From assembly GCA_042408215.1 (NCBI GenBank), contig JAYFMW010000006.1:96001-160000 (forward strand): a stretch of DNA of 64,000 nt, given 5' to 3'. Every line of letters begins with the position of its first letter. Position 1 is the first letter of the stretch. The translations under genes and the position numbers were made by a program. The DNA comes from Microcoleus sp. Lineage in GTDB: Bacteria; Cyanobacteriota; Cyanobacteriia; Cyanobacteriales; Microcoleaceae. This document shows positions 30,765 to 39,580 of the stretch, in pieces. The notes beneath the pieces were generated by a model. It searched no databases. It worked only from the letters and a program-made list of their open reading frames with translations, and was not told the DNA's origin.

Positions 30765-33098
30765 ATGACCTACAATATCAGTACAAACACTATTTTAGAT
30801 AGCAAGCCATTAGAAAATGATGGAGAACTGCTCACGCCTCTAATGGTTTTTAGTCAAGAAGTGTTATTGCATGAAAAAGAGGCAGAGCATAAGAATCTGC
30901 GTGACCAGGCTGAGCATGGTCACGAGGTAGACGAGGGATTTGGGGTCGATGATATGGTTAAAAAAGTGGCTGAATGCTGTCAGAAAAGCCCTGTTGGAAA
31001 AAAATTACCGAGGGCTTTTTATGTTCACGTTTCGGCTTTAGCAGCACTCAATCCTGTACTCGGAATTTATGAAAAATGTGCCAGACAAAATATCGAAAAT
31101 ATTGAGGAAGCAACCCTAGTTAAGTTTCAGCTTCATCAACCGAAAATATCTTATCTTTTTTATCCCGATTTCGATACAGATGCTCACCCAGCTTTGCAAA
31201 GGAGCATCCAAATTAATCTGGAAACAGGGGAAATTAAATGTTTCGATTACAGCGAAAGCGAAAATCCGCCAGTTTTGCACCGCAAAGAAACTTTTGTGAA
31301 TGCAGATTATCCTCACTACCAGAAGTTTTCTAAACTGACTCGCTCCGAAGAAAAATGGGGACTACTTGACAATACTAGCGTTATTGGCACTCGTGAAGGT
31401 TGGCTCAAATACTTGAGATATTGCGGTGTAGAAATTCAAGATCATACTGTTGTTGAAATTTGCCAACAGGGAAATAGCGAGCTATCAATTCCCAAGATCG
31501 ATCGACACAAGGCTGCAATGCTGCGAAACTCTCTTTCTAAACCTTTGCGTTTGGTTTTAGAAGCTGATTTATTTGTTGACGGGGAGACTTTTTTTGATTA
31601 TGGTTGTGGCTACGGTGGGGATATTCAACATATTGCTGAAGAAGGTTATGCGGCTTCTGGATGGGACCCTTATTATCAACGAGATAGTCCGCAAATTCAG
31701 GCAGATATTGTGAATATTGGTTATGTGATTAATGTGATTGAATCTTTGGGGGAAAGGCGAGAAGCTTTGCTGAATGCTTGGGGATTGACTAAAAAATTAT
31801 TGGTGGTGGCGGCTCAGGTATTGATTGATGATACTGATCGAGGTCAAATTGCTTACGGGGATGGGGTGATTACTTCTCGCAATACTTTTCAGAAGTATTA
31901 CGAACAGGAAGAGTTGAAAATTTATATCGATCAAGTTTTGGATGTTGATGCAATTCCTGTGGCTTTGGGGATTTATTTTGTGTTTCGGGATGCAGCGGAG
32001 GGTGAAGGTTTTCGAGCTTCTCGGTTACGATCGCACTTATTGACGCCCACAGTGCGATCGCAAGTTAAGCGTTTTGAAGATTACGAGGAAATGCTGACTC
32101 CTCTGATGGCCTTTGTGAGCGATCGCGGCCGCCTTCCCGTCAAAGGCGAATTAGCCGAAGAATCGGCGATTAAGGGGGAATTTCACAGTTTTAATCGCGC
32201 TTGGAGGGTGATTTTGCAAGCTACCGATGCGGATGATTGGGAGACGATCGCCGATAAACGCCGCCAGGATTTGCTGGTATATCTCGCTCTCAACGGTTTG
32301 GAGGACGATTCCCTACGGGATAGCTACGCTTCACGACCTTCGATGCGCCGACTCCCAGCTCAAATCCGCAACGACATTAAAGGTTTATTTGATAATTATC
32401 AAAAAGCTTGCACTTTGGCGGATTTAATGCTATATAGTTTGGGCAAAACTCATATTGTGGCTGACTGTTGCGAAGATAGTGCGATCGGCTACAAACAGCA
32501 CGGTTCTCTTTCAGTTCACGTCTCTGCGTTAGAAGAACTAGACCCTTTGCTGCGACTCTATGAAGGCTGTGCAAACCGCACAATTGGTAGACTTGACGGC
32601 GCTACAATTATCAAATTTCACGCTCACAAACCTCAGATTTCCTATTTATTTTATCCTGATTTTGATCCTAATCCCCATCCAGTATTGCACACTTCCATGC
32701 ACATAGATTTGCGCGACCTTTCGGTAAAATATCAGAAATTTTATAATTTATCTAACCCGCCTATTTTAGTGAGAAAAGAAGCTTTTGTCACCCCTAACTA
32801 TCCCCATTACGAAAAGTTCGCTAAACTCACTCGCCAAGAAAACAAATTGGGAATTCTTGATAGTTGCGTAGTTAAGAAGCATCAGGAATGGGTGAAGTGC
32901 TTGGAGGAAAATTGTGTCAGAATTAAGGGTCATCGCTTGTTTTGGCGATCGGATGCTGACCCGGAAAAATTGAAAATACTGCAAAAAGCTGCGTCGGAAC
33001 GTCACTCGCCAAAAATTGAGGTTAATGGGGGAAAGATTGAAGGAACCGCAGAGGCCGCAGAGGGCACAGAGGATGGAAAAGAAGAGGGAGGGGAATAG
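30765..33098 (+). CDS. DNA phosphorothioation-associated putative methyltransferase
   Basis: FDYGCGYGGD SAM motif, GWDPYY, NIGYVINVIE, TFQKYY; duplicated YPDFD..HP..L/RKE domains. Confidence 0.8.
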   Translation: MTYNISTNTILDSKPLENDGELLTPLMVFSQEVLLHEKEAEHKNLRDQAEHGHEVDEGFGVDDMVKKVAECCQKSPVGKKLPRAFYVHVSALAALNPVLGIYEKCARQNIENIEEATLVKFQLHQPKISYLFYPDFDTDAHPALQRSIQINLETGEIKCFDYSESENPPVLHRKETFVNADYPHYQKFSKLTRSEEKWGLLDNTSVIGTREGWLKYLRYCGVEIQDHTVVEICQQGNSELSIPKIDRHKAAMLRNSLSKPLRLVLEADLFVDGETFFDYGCGYGGDIQHIAEEGYAASGWDPYYQRDSPQIQADIVNIGYVINVIESLGERREALLNAWGLTKKLLVVAAQVLIDDTDRGQIAYGDGVITSRNTFQKYYEQEELKIYIDQVLDVDAIPVALGIYFVFRDAAEGEGFRASRLRSHLLTPTVRSQVKRFEDYEEMLTPLMAFVSDRGRLPVKGELAEESAIKGEFHSFNRAWRVILQATDADDWETIADKRRQDLLVYLALNGLEDDSLRDSYASRPSMRRLPAQIRNDIKGLFDNYQKACTLADLMLYSLGKTHIVADCCEDSAIGYKQHGSLSVHVSALEELDPLLRLYEGCANRTIGRLDGATIIKFHAHKPQISYLFYPDFDPNPHPVLHTSMHIDLRDLSVKYQKFYNLSNPPILVRKEAFVTPNYPHYEKFAKLTRQENKLGILDSCVVKKHQEWVKCLEENCVRIKGHRLFWRSDADPEKLKILQKAASERHSPKIEVNGGKIEGTAEAAEGTEDGKEEGGE

Positions 33099-33100
33099 TC

Positions 33101-33190
33101 ATGGAAACGGAGTATGATTTGAGTCAGGGTAAGCGAGGGGCGATCGATCCGACATTACCTGGGAAAACTCGTATTACAATAGAAGCAGTT
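33101..33190 (+). pseudogene. Truncated BrnA/CopG-type antitoxin start
   Basis: METEYDLSQGKRGAIDPTLPGKTRITI; a degenerate second copy lies at about 33762-33808. Confidence 0.55.
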
Positions 33191-33209
33191 AGTGGAAAGA
33201 GTGTCTTGA

Positions 33210-33485
33210 ATGGAATTTGAGTGGAATCCCGAAAAAGCAGCACTTAACCTTCAGAAACATGGTGTTTTGTTTACAGAGGCTGCAACGGTGTTTAATGATC
33301 CATTGTCTACAACCTTTCCCGATCCCGATCATTCTCTCGGCGAGAGCCGCTACGTTATCATAGGTCTATCTCGATTTGGACAATTGTTGGTGGTTTCACA
33401 CACAGATCGAGGAGAAAAGATCCGGATTATCAGTGTTCGGAAAGCCACTCGCCAGGAACAGAGGTTTTATGAAGAGGGAATTTGA
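33210..33485 (+). CDS. BrnT family toxin
   Basis: MEFEWNPEKAALNLQKHGV.F..A ... IRIISVRKA. Confidence 0.9.
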   Translation: MEFEWNPEKAALNLQKHGVLFTEAATVFNDPLSTTFPDPDHSLGESRYVIIGLSRFGQLLVVSHTDRGEKIRIISVRKATRQEQRFYEEGI

Positions 33486-33759
33486 GAACGAAATGGAAGA
33501 TGAGCTACGTTCAGAGTATGACTTCTCCAAGCTACAGGGAGGAGTGCGGGGGAAATATATTGAGCGATACCGTTCTGGTACAAACCTCGTACTTTTAGAT
33601 CCTGATGTTGCTCAGGCTTTTCCAAATGATGAAGCCGTCAATGAAGCATTAAGGTTATTGCTTAAAATTGCTCAGCGACAGCAGCCTAACAACCCTCCGG
33701 CGGGTGAGCTTGGTCGTTACGCCGTCTACGTTACAGGTGATAGCGAGGGAGAGGAATAG
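33469..33759 (+). CDS. Cognate BrnA-like antitoxin; C-terminus reads through an attC remnant
   Basis: EDELRSEYDFSKLQGGVRGKY ... VNEALRLL; overlaps the toxin gene. Confidence 0.8.
   Translation: MKREFENEMEDELRSEYDFSKLQGGVRGKYIERYRSGTNLVLLDPDVAQAFPNDEAVNEALRLLLKIAQRQQPNNPPAGELGRYAVYVTGDSEGEE
33684..33722 (+). other. Internally deleted attC-like site
   Basis: GCCTAACAA ... GCGGGTGAGCTTGGTC-GTTACGC. Confidence 0.55.
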
Positions 33760-33881
33760 TCATGGAAATAGACTAGGATTTTAGTCAAGGTAAGCGAAGG
33801 GCGATCGAATTTTAATTCTGCTTGGTGGTCAAATCTTGGTACTTTTGCTCTAAACTTGGCTCATGTGCTAGATTTAAGTTC

Positions 33882-34169
33882 ATGAAGTTTGAGTGGGACG
33901 AGCGTAAAAACCAAAGCAACCTTGCAAAGCATGGGTTTGACTTCGCTGATGCTTTTCGTATCTTCAACCTACCGATGGTTGTCGAATTAGATGAGCGGGA
34001 TGATTATGGTGAAGATCGATGTATCGCTATTGGTTTACTTGATGGACGAGTTGTAGTTGTTGTCTACACGGAGCCTGATGAGGAAACAGTTCGCATTATC
34101 TCATTACGAAAGTCACTGTCTTATGAACGCAAACGCTATGAACAATACCTCAAAAACCGACTGGGCTAG
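33882..34169 (+). CDS. BrnT family toxin
   Basis: MKFEWDERKNQSNLAKHGFDF ... DYGEDR ... VRIISLRK. Confidence 0.9.
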   Translation: MKFEWDERKNQSNLAKHGFDFADAFRIFNLPMVVELDERDDYGEDRCIAIGLLDGRVVVVVYTEPDEETVRIISLRKSLSYERKRYEQYLKNRLG

Positions 34170-34416
34170 AATCGACGCAATGAGCGATGAAGATATCGAT
34201 ACTTCCGATATTCCACCACTATCGGAGGAGTTCTTTACTAGAGCGCAATTACGAATGCCTCAGTCAGCTATTACTATGCCAGTTCAAGTCGATCCTGAAA
34301 CATTTGCTTGGTTTCAGGCACAAGGAGAAAGTGCCCAACAGCAAATGTCTGTAGCACTTAGAATTTATGCAGATGCACACAAAACCTATCCTGCATTCGT
34401 AGCAAAGCCAGCATAA
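34123..34416 (+). CDS. BrnA family antitoxin
   Basis: SKTDWARIDAMSDEDIDTSDIP ... VDPETFAWF. Confidence 0.85.
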   Translation: MNANAMNNTSKTDWARIDAMSDEDIDTSDIPPLSEEFFTRAQLRMPQSAITMPVQVDPETFAWFQAQGESAQQQMSVALRIYADAHKTYPAFVAKPA

Positions 34417-34501
34417 CGCTCGGCAGGCTAACATTAAAGCCCCAACAAGCAGAACAGGCTGTGGCAGTAGTTTGAAAACGATCGTTTTTTGTCATAACGT
34501 A

Positions 34502-34531
34502 TTGACATTGTAAATACATTTTACCTATACT
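34502..34531 (+). promoter_or_regulatory. Promoter of the third TA pair with a palindromic operator-like spacer
   Basis: TTGACA-N18-TATACT; spacer contains GTAAA-tacat-TTTAC; ATG 7 nt after the -10 box, so probably near-leaderless. Confidence 0.65.
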
Positions 34532-34538
34532 AGGGAGT

Positions 34539-34835
34539 ATGAATGTATACTTCGTGCTCAATGGCATTACCTTTGTCTGGGACGAGGGAAAAGCGCGGAT
34601 TAATCCCACAAATCATGACGGGGTTACTTTTCAACAAGCTGCTGAATCCTTCTTTGACCCATTTCTAGTAGTCGTTGATGCCAGCCGGAATCAGGAAGCG
34701 CGTGATGCTGTGATTGGGCTAGATAGTCGGTGGAATCTACTGTATGTGGTTCATATTGAGCGTGAAGAGAATGTCATTCGGATTATTTCAGCACGTAAAG
34801 CAACTCGTCAGGAGAGGGCAGAGTATGAAAATTGA
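34539..34835 (+). CDS. BrnT family toxin
   Basis: FVWDEGKARIN..HDGVTFQQA ... IRIISARKAT. Confidence 0.9.
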   Translation: MNVYFVLNGITFVWDEGKARINPTNHDGVTFQQAAESFFDPFLVVVDASRNQEARDAVIGLDSRWNLLYVVHIEREENVIRIISARKATRQERAEYEN

Positions 34836-35118
34836 AGCATTAAAGCAGCGATTAGACCGAAACCGTCCAATGACTAGCGTAACGATCCGTATGCCCGAAG
34901 ATGTTGTGGAAGACCTAAAAAAAGTTGCACCATTGTTGGGTTTTTCGGGTTATCAGCCATTAATTCGTGCTTATATCGGTCAAGGTTTGCGGGTTGATTT
35001 AGAACGATTTGAGAGCGATACAGTGACAGCCTTAGTAGCAAGTTTGAAGCGTCGAGGTATCAGCGATGCAGTGATTAATGAGGCATTAAACGAAGTCGTT
35101 CATGCTAAATCCTGTTAA
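34825..35118 (+). CDS. CopG/RHH-type antitoxin
   Basis: MTSVTIRMPEDVVEDLKKVA..GYQPLIRAYI. Confidence 0.8.
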   Translation: MKIEALKQRLDRNRPMTSVTIRMPEDVVEDLKKVAPLLGFSGYQPLIRAYIGQGLRVDLERFESDTVTALVASLKRRGISDAVINEALNEVVHAKSC

Positions 35119-35134
35119 TTGTGTCTAGCCAGCA

Positions 35135-35219
35135 GTACAACACCGATGCACCCGACCGCCGAGAGTTGATCGGTTATGATGCAAAGGCTATCTGTGGCCG
35201 GTGATGGGCAACGTTATAC
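35135..35219 (+). other. attC-like recombination site
   Basis: GTACAAC..CGATGCACCCGACC ... GGCCGGTGATGGGCAAC-GTTATAC (85 bp). Confidence 0.7.
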
Positions 35220-35235
35220 CGAAGGAGGTACGATC

Positions 35236-36354
35236 ATTAACCGAAGATCGTTTATTCAATTTACTGCTACTTGTGCAGGTTCTATTTTAATGAGCAACCT
35301 TGTTGGGAGTTGTAGCACCTCTAAAAGTATGGAGGCAACTATAGCCAATCCGATTTGGCTAATGCCTGATGAATCCGATCCCCATAAACGCACCTGGATG
35401 TCATTTGGCGCTAGCCGTAAAATTTGGGGGCAAAAGTTACTTCCAGGAGTGCAAGATAATTTAGCGACAATTGCTAAAGCGATCGCGAAATTTGAACCTG
35501 TTTATATGCTGGTTCGCCAAGCAGACTATGATATCGCTGCGCGTAAATGTGGCTCATCTGTAAACTTGGTAGTCTCCCCTTTAGACGATCTGTGGATGCG
35601 CGATATTGGCCCTGTTTTCATCAAAGATGATCGCGGAAATCTTGGGGGCATCGATTTTAATTTCAATGGCTGGGGTGAGAAGCAAGATTATAACGACGAT
35701 GCCCAAGTAGCCAATTTTGTCATTCAGCAGTCCAAGGTGCAGGCAATCCAAACCAAACTTGTACTAGAAGGTGGTGGGATTGAAGTAGATGGACATGGAA
35801 CAGCAATCATTACTGAAAGCTGTGTTCTGAATCAGAATCGCAATCCAGGCATGAGTAAGTCTGAGTGTGAAGCTCTGCTCAAGCCACTCCTGGGCTTACG
35901 CAAGATCATTTGGCTCCCCGGCATTCGTGGAAAAGATATTACGGATGGTCATACTGACTTCTATGCACGGTTCGCCAGCTCGGGCTTCGTGGTTGCCGGA
36001 TCTGATCCTGATCCAGCATCATTTGATCATCTAGTTACTCAAAACCATTTGGAAATCCTGCGCTCTGCCACTGATGCTGACGGGCGTAAACTAGAGGTAA
36101 TTGTGCTTGAAGGACCCAAAACCATTCGGCCCCAATTTGAGACTCAGGAATTTGCCGCAGGCTATATCAACTTTTACATTGTCAATGGAGCTGTGATGGT
36201 GCCAGAGTTTGGCGATGCGATGGCAGATAGCAAAGCAAAATCTACATTGCAAGAACTATTTCCCGATCGCGACATCGTGCAACTTAACATTGATGCGATC
36301 GCCGCTGGGGGTGGTGGCATACACTGCACTACACAACAGGAACCTCTTGCCTAA
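35236..36354 (+). CDS. Agmatine deiminase/PPAD family enzyme with a Tat-lipoprotein signal (start uncertain: ATT 35236 or ATG 35176)
   Basis: DLWMRD, LEGGG, DGHTD, GGGIHCTTQQ; NRRSFI twin-arginine motif and VGSC lipobox. Confidence 0.9.
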   Translation: MNRRSFIQFTATCAGSILMSNLVGSCSTSKSMEATIANPIWLMPDESDPHKRTWMSFGASRKIWGQKLLPGVQDNLATIAKAIAKFEPVYMLVRQADYDIAARKCGSSVNLVVSPLDDLWMRDIGPVFIKDDRGNLGGIDFNFNGWGEKQDYNDDAQVANFVIQQSKVQAIQTKLVLEGGGIEVDGHGTAIITESCVLNQNRNPGMSKSECEALLKPLLGLRKIIWLPGIRGKDITDGHTDFYARFASSGFVVAGSDPDPASFDHLVTQNHLEILRSATDADGRKLEVIVLEGPKTIRPQFETQEFAAGYINFYIVNGAVMVPEFGDAMADSKAKSTLQELFPDRDIVQLNIDAIAAGGGGIHCTTQQEPLA

Positions 36355-36437
36355 CAACGCCCATGCACACCGACCGACAAAAAACGATCGGTTATGATGC
36401 AGGAGTGACTCCCGGCGGGTGATGGGCAACGTTGGCT
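36349..36437 (+). other. attC-like recombination site
   Basis: GCCTAACAACGCCCATGCACACCGACC ... GCGGGTGATGGGCAAC-GTTGGCT (89 bp); the deiminase stop codon lies inside the R'' box. Confidence 0.75.
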
Positions 36438-36672
36438 TGGTCTTTAGAAGACAGAACGTTGATGCGATCGCAGGGTAAGAGCGCGAGGTTTGCCGCTGGT
36501 GACACTGGAGCCGATCGATCGTAGTTTCCTGGGGCGCTATGGTGGGCGATCGCATCATTGGTTGTTAGGGGGCAGGGGCGATCGCCTTTCTCCGAATGGC
36601 TCGGTCTGGGGCGATCGCACTGACATCATCTAAATTATTATTCTGATGCAACCGGAAACGATATAAGTCCTG

Positions 36673-37846
36673 TTAAGCAAACTTAATCTTCAAATAATCA
36701 TCCTCCATCTTCGCACCCGGAAGGTTGTAGCGCCGCTAAAGCTTGCGGCAAAACCATATTGCGGCGGTGATTCCCAATCCGAACATTCAACTCATCTCCT
36801 GTTTTGCTCAACTGAATCTGATCCTTAGCAATTCCCGGCAAGTACAGTTCTAGAACATATTGATTATTGTCCTGAACAATCCTAATCGTATTTTCTTTGT
36901 AATATATTTGACTAGGATCTTCGTCTTTGTAAAGCGTTTCTTTCAAGCGCTCCAAAGCTGGCAAACCGCACATTTCTTCGGAATAAAGCGGCACTTCTTT
37001 CACGGGCAATGGTCGGAAATTCTCGTGAATTTCCTGACGATACTGCTCCTGGCTTTCTTTCCACCGTTTGAAAAATGGGTCAGTTACTTCTTCGGGAATA
37101 ATGCGATTTGCTACTATTAAATCTGTGGCTACATTGTACAAACTCAAATAGGCATGAGCGCGCAGAGACTCTTTAATTACCATTTTTTCAGGATTAGTAA
37201 CTAACCTTACCGAAGTGACAGTATTGTCAGTTAAAATCTTTTCCAAAGCCTCAATTTGTTCGTAAAATTCATAAGGTGCATCCATCACCTCTTTGTCTGG
37301 CAAAGAAAAACCCGCAATTGGTCTAAAAATAGGTTCCACTAAAGGTCTCAGGGCGGCGGATATGCCTTGCAGCGGCTTGTAAAATTTTCTCATGTACCAG
37401 CCGCCAACTTCCGGCAAACTTAGCAGTCTCAATGCTGTTCCAGTGGGAGCTGAATCGATAATTAAAACATCAAATTCGCCTTCGTCGTAATGCCGCTTCA
37501 TTCGCACTAAACCGAAGATTTCATCCATTCCTGGAAGTATGGCCAATTCTTCAGCTTGAACGCCTTCGAGTCCCTGGGCGCGCAAGACTTGAGTAATGTA
37601 GCGCTTAACTGCTCCCCAATTGCCTTCTAATTCCCTGAGAGCGTCTAATTCTGCTCCCCACAAATTCGGTTTCACCAGTCGGGAATCGTGTCCGAGTTCC
37701 ATGTCGAAGCTGTCGGCTAGGGAGTGGGCGGGATCGGTGCTTAGCACTAGGGTTTTGTATCCCAATTCGGCACATCGCAGCCCTGTGGCGGCGGCTACGG
37801 ATGTTTTACCGACGCCGCCTTTTCCGGTCATTAATATTAAGCGCAT
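36673..37846 (-). CDS. ArsA/GET3-family ATPase with HSP20-like C-terminus; +1 frameshift near 36717
   Basis: [22 protein letters not shown]; removing one base restores the ending [16 protein letters not shown]. Confidence 0.9.
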
Positions 37847-38250
37847 TGATTGTTTAGCTCGCCTGAAAGTTCTTTACTTATATATTGTAACGTTATGTAA
37901 CAGAGATTAATTTAGTGGCGGATTTAATTTGGGCGACAACTAGCCGCACAGAGGCAGAAACCGGGTTTTTTACCAAAATACTGCATCGCAGCCTTTAAAT
38001 AAAATGAAAAACCCGGTTTCTTTGGTATCTATGCGTCCAGGGCTAATACAGGACATTTCCACTGATGCACTAAATCTGTGCGATGTCAATAGAGAGTTGA
38101 GTTTAAAGGGCGATCGCACTTAATTTGTAGGTGTTCAAAAAGGGCGATCGCACTTAATGCTTGTTCAATAAAAGGCGAACCAGACAGACACCGGGTTTTT
38201 CAGAAATATCTGGTTTGGAGCTAAAGCAGCGATCGCAACGCATTTAGTCC

Positions 38251-38279
38251 TTGACAAAAATATCCTTTTCAGTTACGAT
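38251..38279 (+). promoter_or_regulatory. Sigma70 promoter
   Basis: TTGACA-N17-TACGAT. Confidence 0.6.
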
Positions 38280-38313
38280 AAAACTTAATACTAAATATTT
38301 TAATTTATGCCTG

Positions 38314-38736
38314 ATGAAACAAACAAATTTGCATGAATTAAATGAGCAAGTTTTGTTAGAGGAAACTCAGCCTCTAGCAATAGAGTATAATGGGCGATTA
38401 GTTGGCTATTTTTATCCAGTGAGTGCAATGCCAAGTGCGATGGAGGAAATCGATCGCACTTTTACAAATTTAGTACAACAATGGCGCAATGAAACAATAG
38501 GTATTTCCTCTACTACGGATTTAGTGATGCACCCTGCTTACCAACAAATTATTAGGATGGGTTCAGTAGTAATTCCTCTGTTATTAAGGGAAGTGGAAAG
38601 AAAGTCGGGGCGTTGGTTTCATGCTCTGTGTGAAATTACTGGAGAAGATCCAGTACCTTTAGAAAAACGGGGTAAAACTAAAGAGATGACTCAGTTATGG
38701 TTAGAGTGGGGGAAAGCCAAAGGTTACAAATGGTAG
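38314..38736 (+). CDS. Hypothetical protein with Phd-like N-terminus and helical C-terminal domain
   Basis: PLAIEYNGRLVGYFYPV; HPAYQQIIRMG...LCEITGEDPV. Confidence 0.65.
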   Translation: MKQTNLHELNEQVLLEETQPLAIEYNGRLVGYFYPVSAMPSAMEEIDRTFTNLVQQWRNETIGISSTTDLVMHPAYQQIIRMGSVVIPLLLREVERKSGRWFHALCEITGEDPVPLEKRGKTKEMTQLWLEWGKAKGYKW

Positions 38737-39203
38737 AAAATAATGCTTGGATGCAAAATATTAAAGAATGGATTGAACAAAATCATCCTAATTTAGTGAC
38801 AACGGGATATAAAATTACCAGTTCAGACACAACTGATTATAATTGTATTGCTTGGGCTGCTGGAAATACAGAAGAATGGTGGTGGCCAGATGCCAAAGGT
38901 GGAGACTATTGGCCGCCTAATATACCGCGAGAGGAATCTCTGACTGCTTTTATGATGGCTTATCAAACTTTAGGGTATGAAGTCTGTGAAAATGCTTTGC
39001 TGGAAGCTGGTTTTGAAAAGATAGCGATTTATGTTTTAGATGGAAAACCTCAACACGCCTCCCGACAACTTCCTAATGGGAAGTGGACTAGCAAATTAGG
39101 TCAGTATGAGGATATAGAACATAATTATTTAGAGGGTTTAGAAGGTAGTATATATGGTGAAGTTGCTTGTGTGATGAAAAGGCGTTTGATTGAGGGGGAG
39201 TAA
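38730..39203 (+). CDS. Hypothetical protein with Cys/His motifs (DUF7689-like)
   Basis: YNCIAWA, HASRQ, WTSKLG; start overlaps the upstream stop. Confidence 0.7.
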   Translation: MVENNAWMQNIKEWIEQNHPNLVTTGYKITSSDTTDYNCIAWAAGNTEEWWWPDAKGGDYWPPNIPREESLTAFMMAYQTLGYEVCENALLEAGFEKIAIYVLDGKPQHASRQLPNGKWTSKLGQYEDIEHNYLEGLEGSIYGEVACVMKRRLIEGE

Positions 39204-39245
39204 TAAACTCATCAAAAGCGCGATCGCATCTCAGCCTGAGACTTG

Positions 39246-39580
39246 AGAAACCGGGTTTCTGTGATATCTCTGATTTTCACCAAGAATCTCTCATCAGAAA
39301 CCCGGTTTCTTTGGCCCTGCGTAAGTCCTAATTTATTTAGACTTGGGATGATCTTGACACACTTTTAACTTTTGTTTTTCCTCTGGACGAGTAACGAAAT
39401 AATCTTCGCCCCAACAGTCAGAAACCGGGTTTCTCATAGATATCTAGTTTTAGCCAACAATCTCTAAGCAGAAACCCGGTTTCTTTCGTCCTGCGTAAGT
39501 CCTAATTTATTTAGACTTGGAATGATCTTGACACACTTTTAACTTTTGTTTTTCCTCTGGACGAGTAACGAAATAATCTT
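39246..39580. repeat. Tandem duplication of about 175 bp containing a palindromic element and the 3' end of the CHAT gene
   Basis: gaaaccgggtttc...gaaacccggtttc...ctgcgtaagtcctaatttatttagacttgg...aaataatctt occurs twice. Confidence 0.85.

Noticed and set aside
34410..34500. attC site after the second TA pair
   Set aside because: GCATAAC is present but there is no convincing complementary right arm
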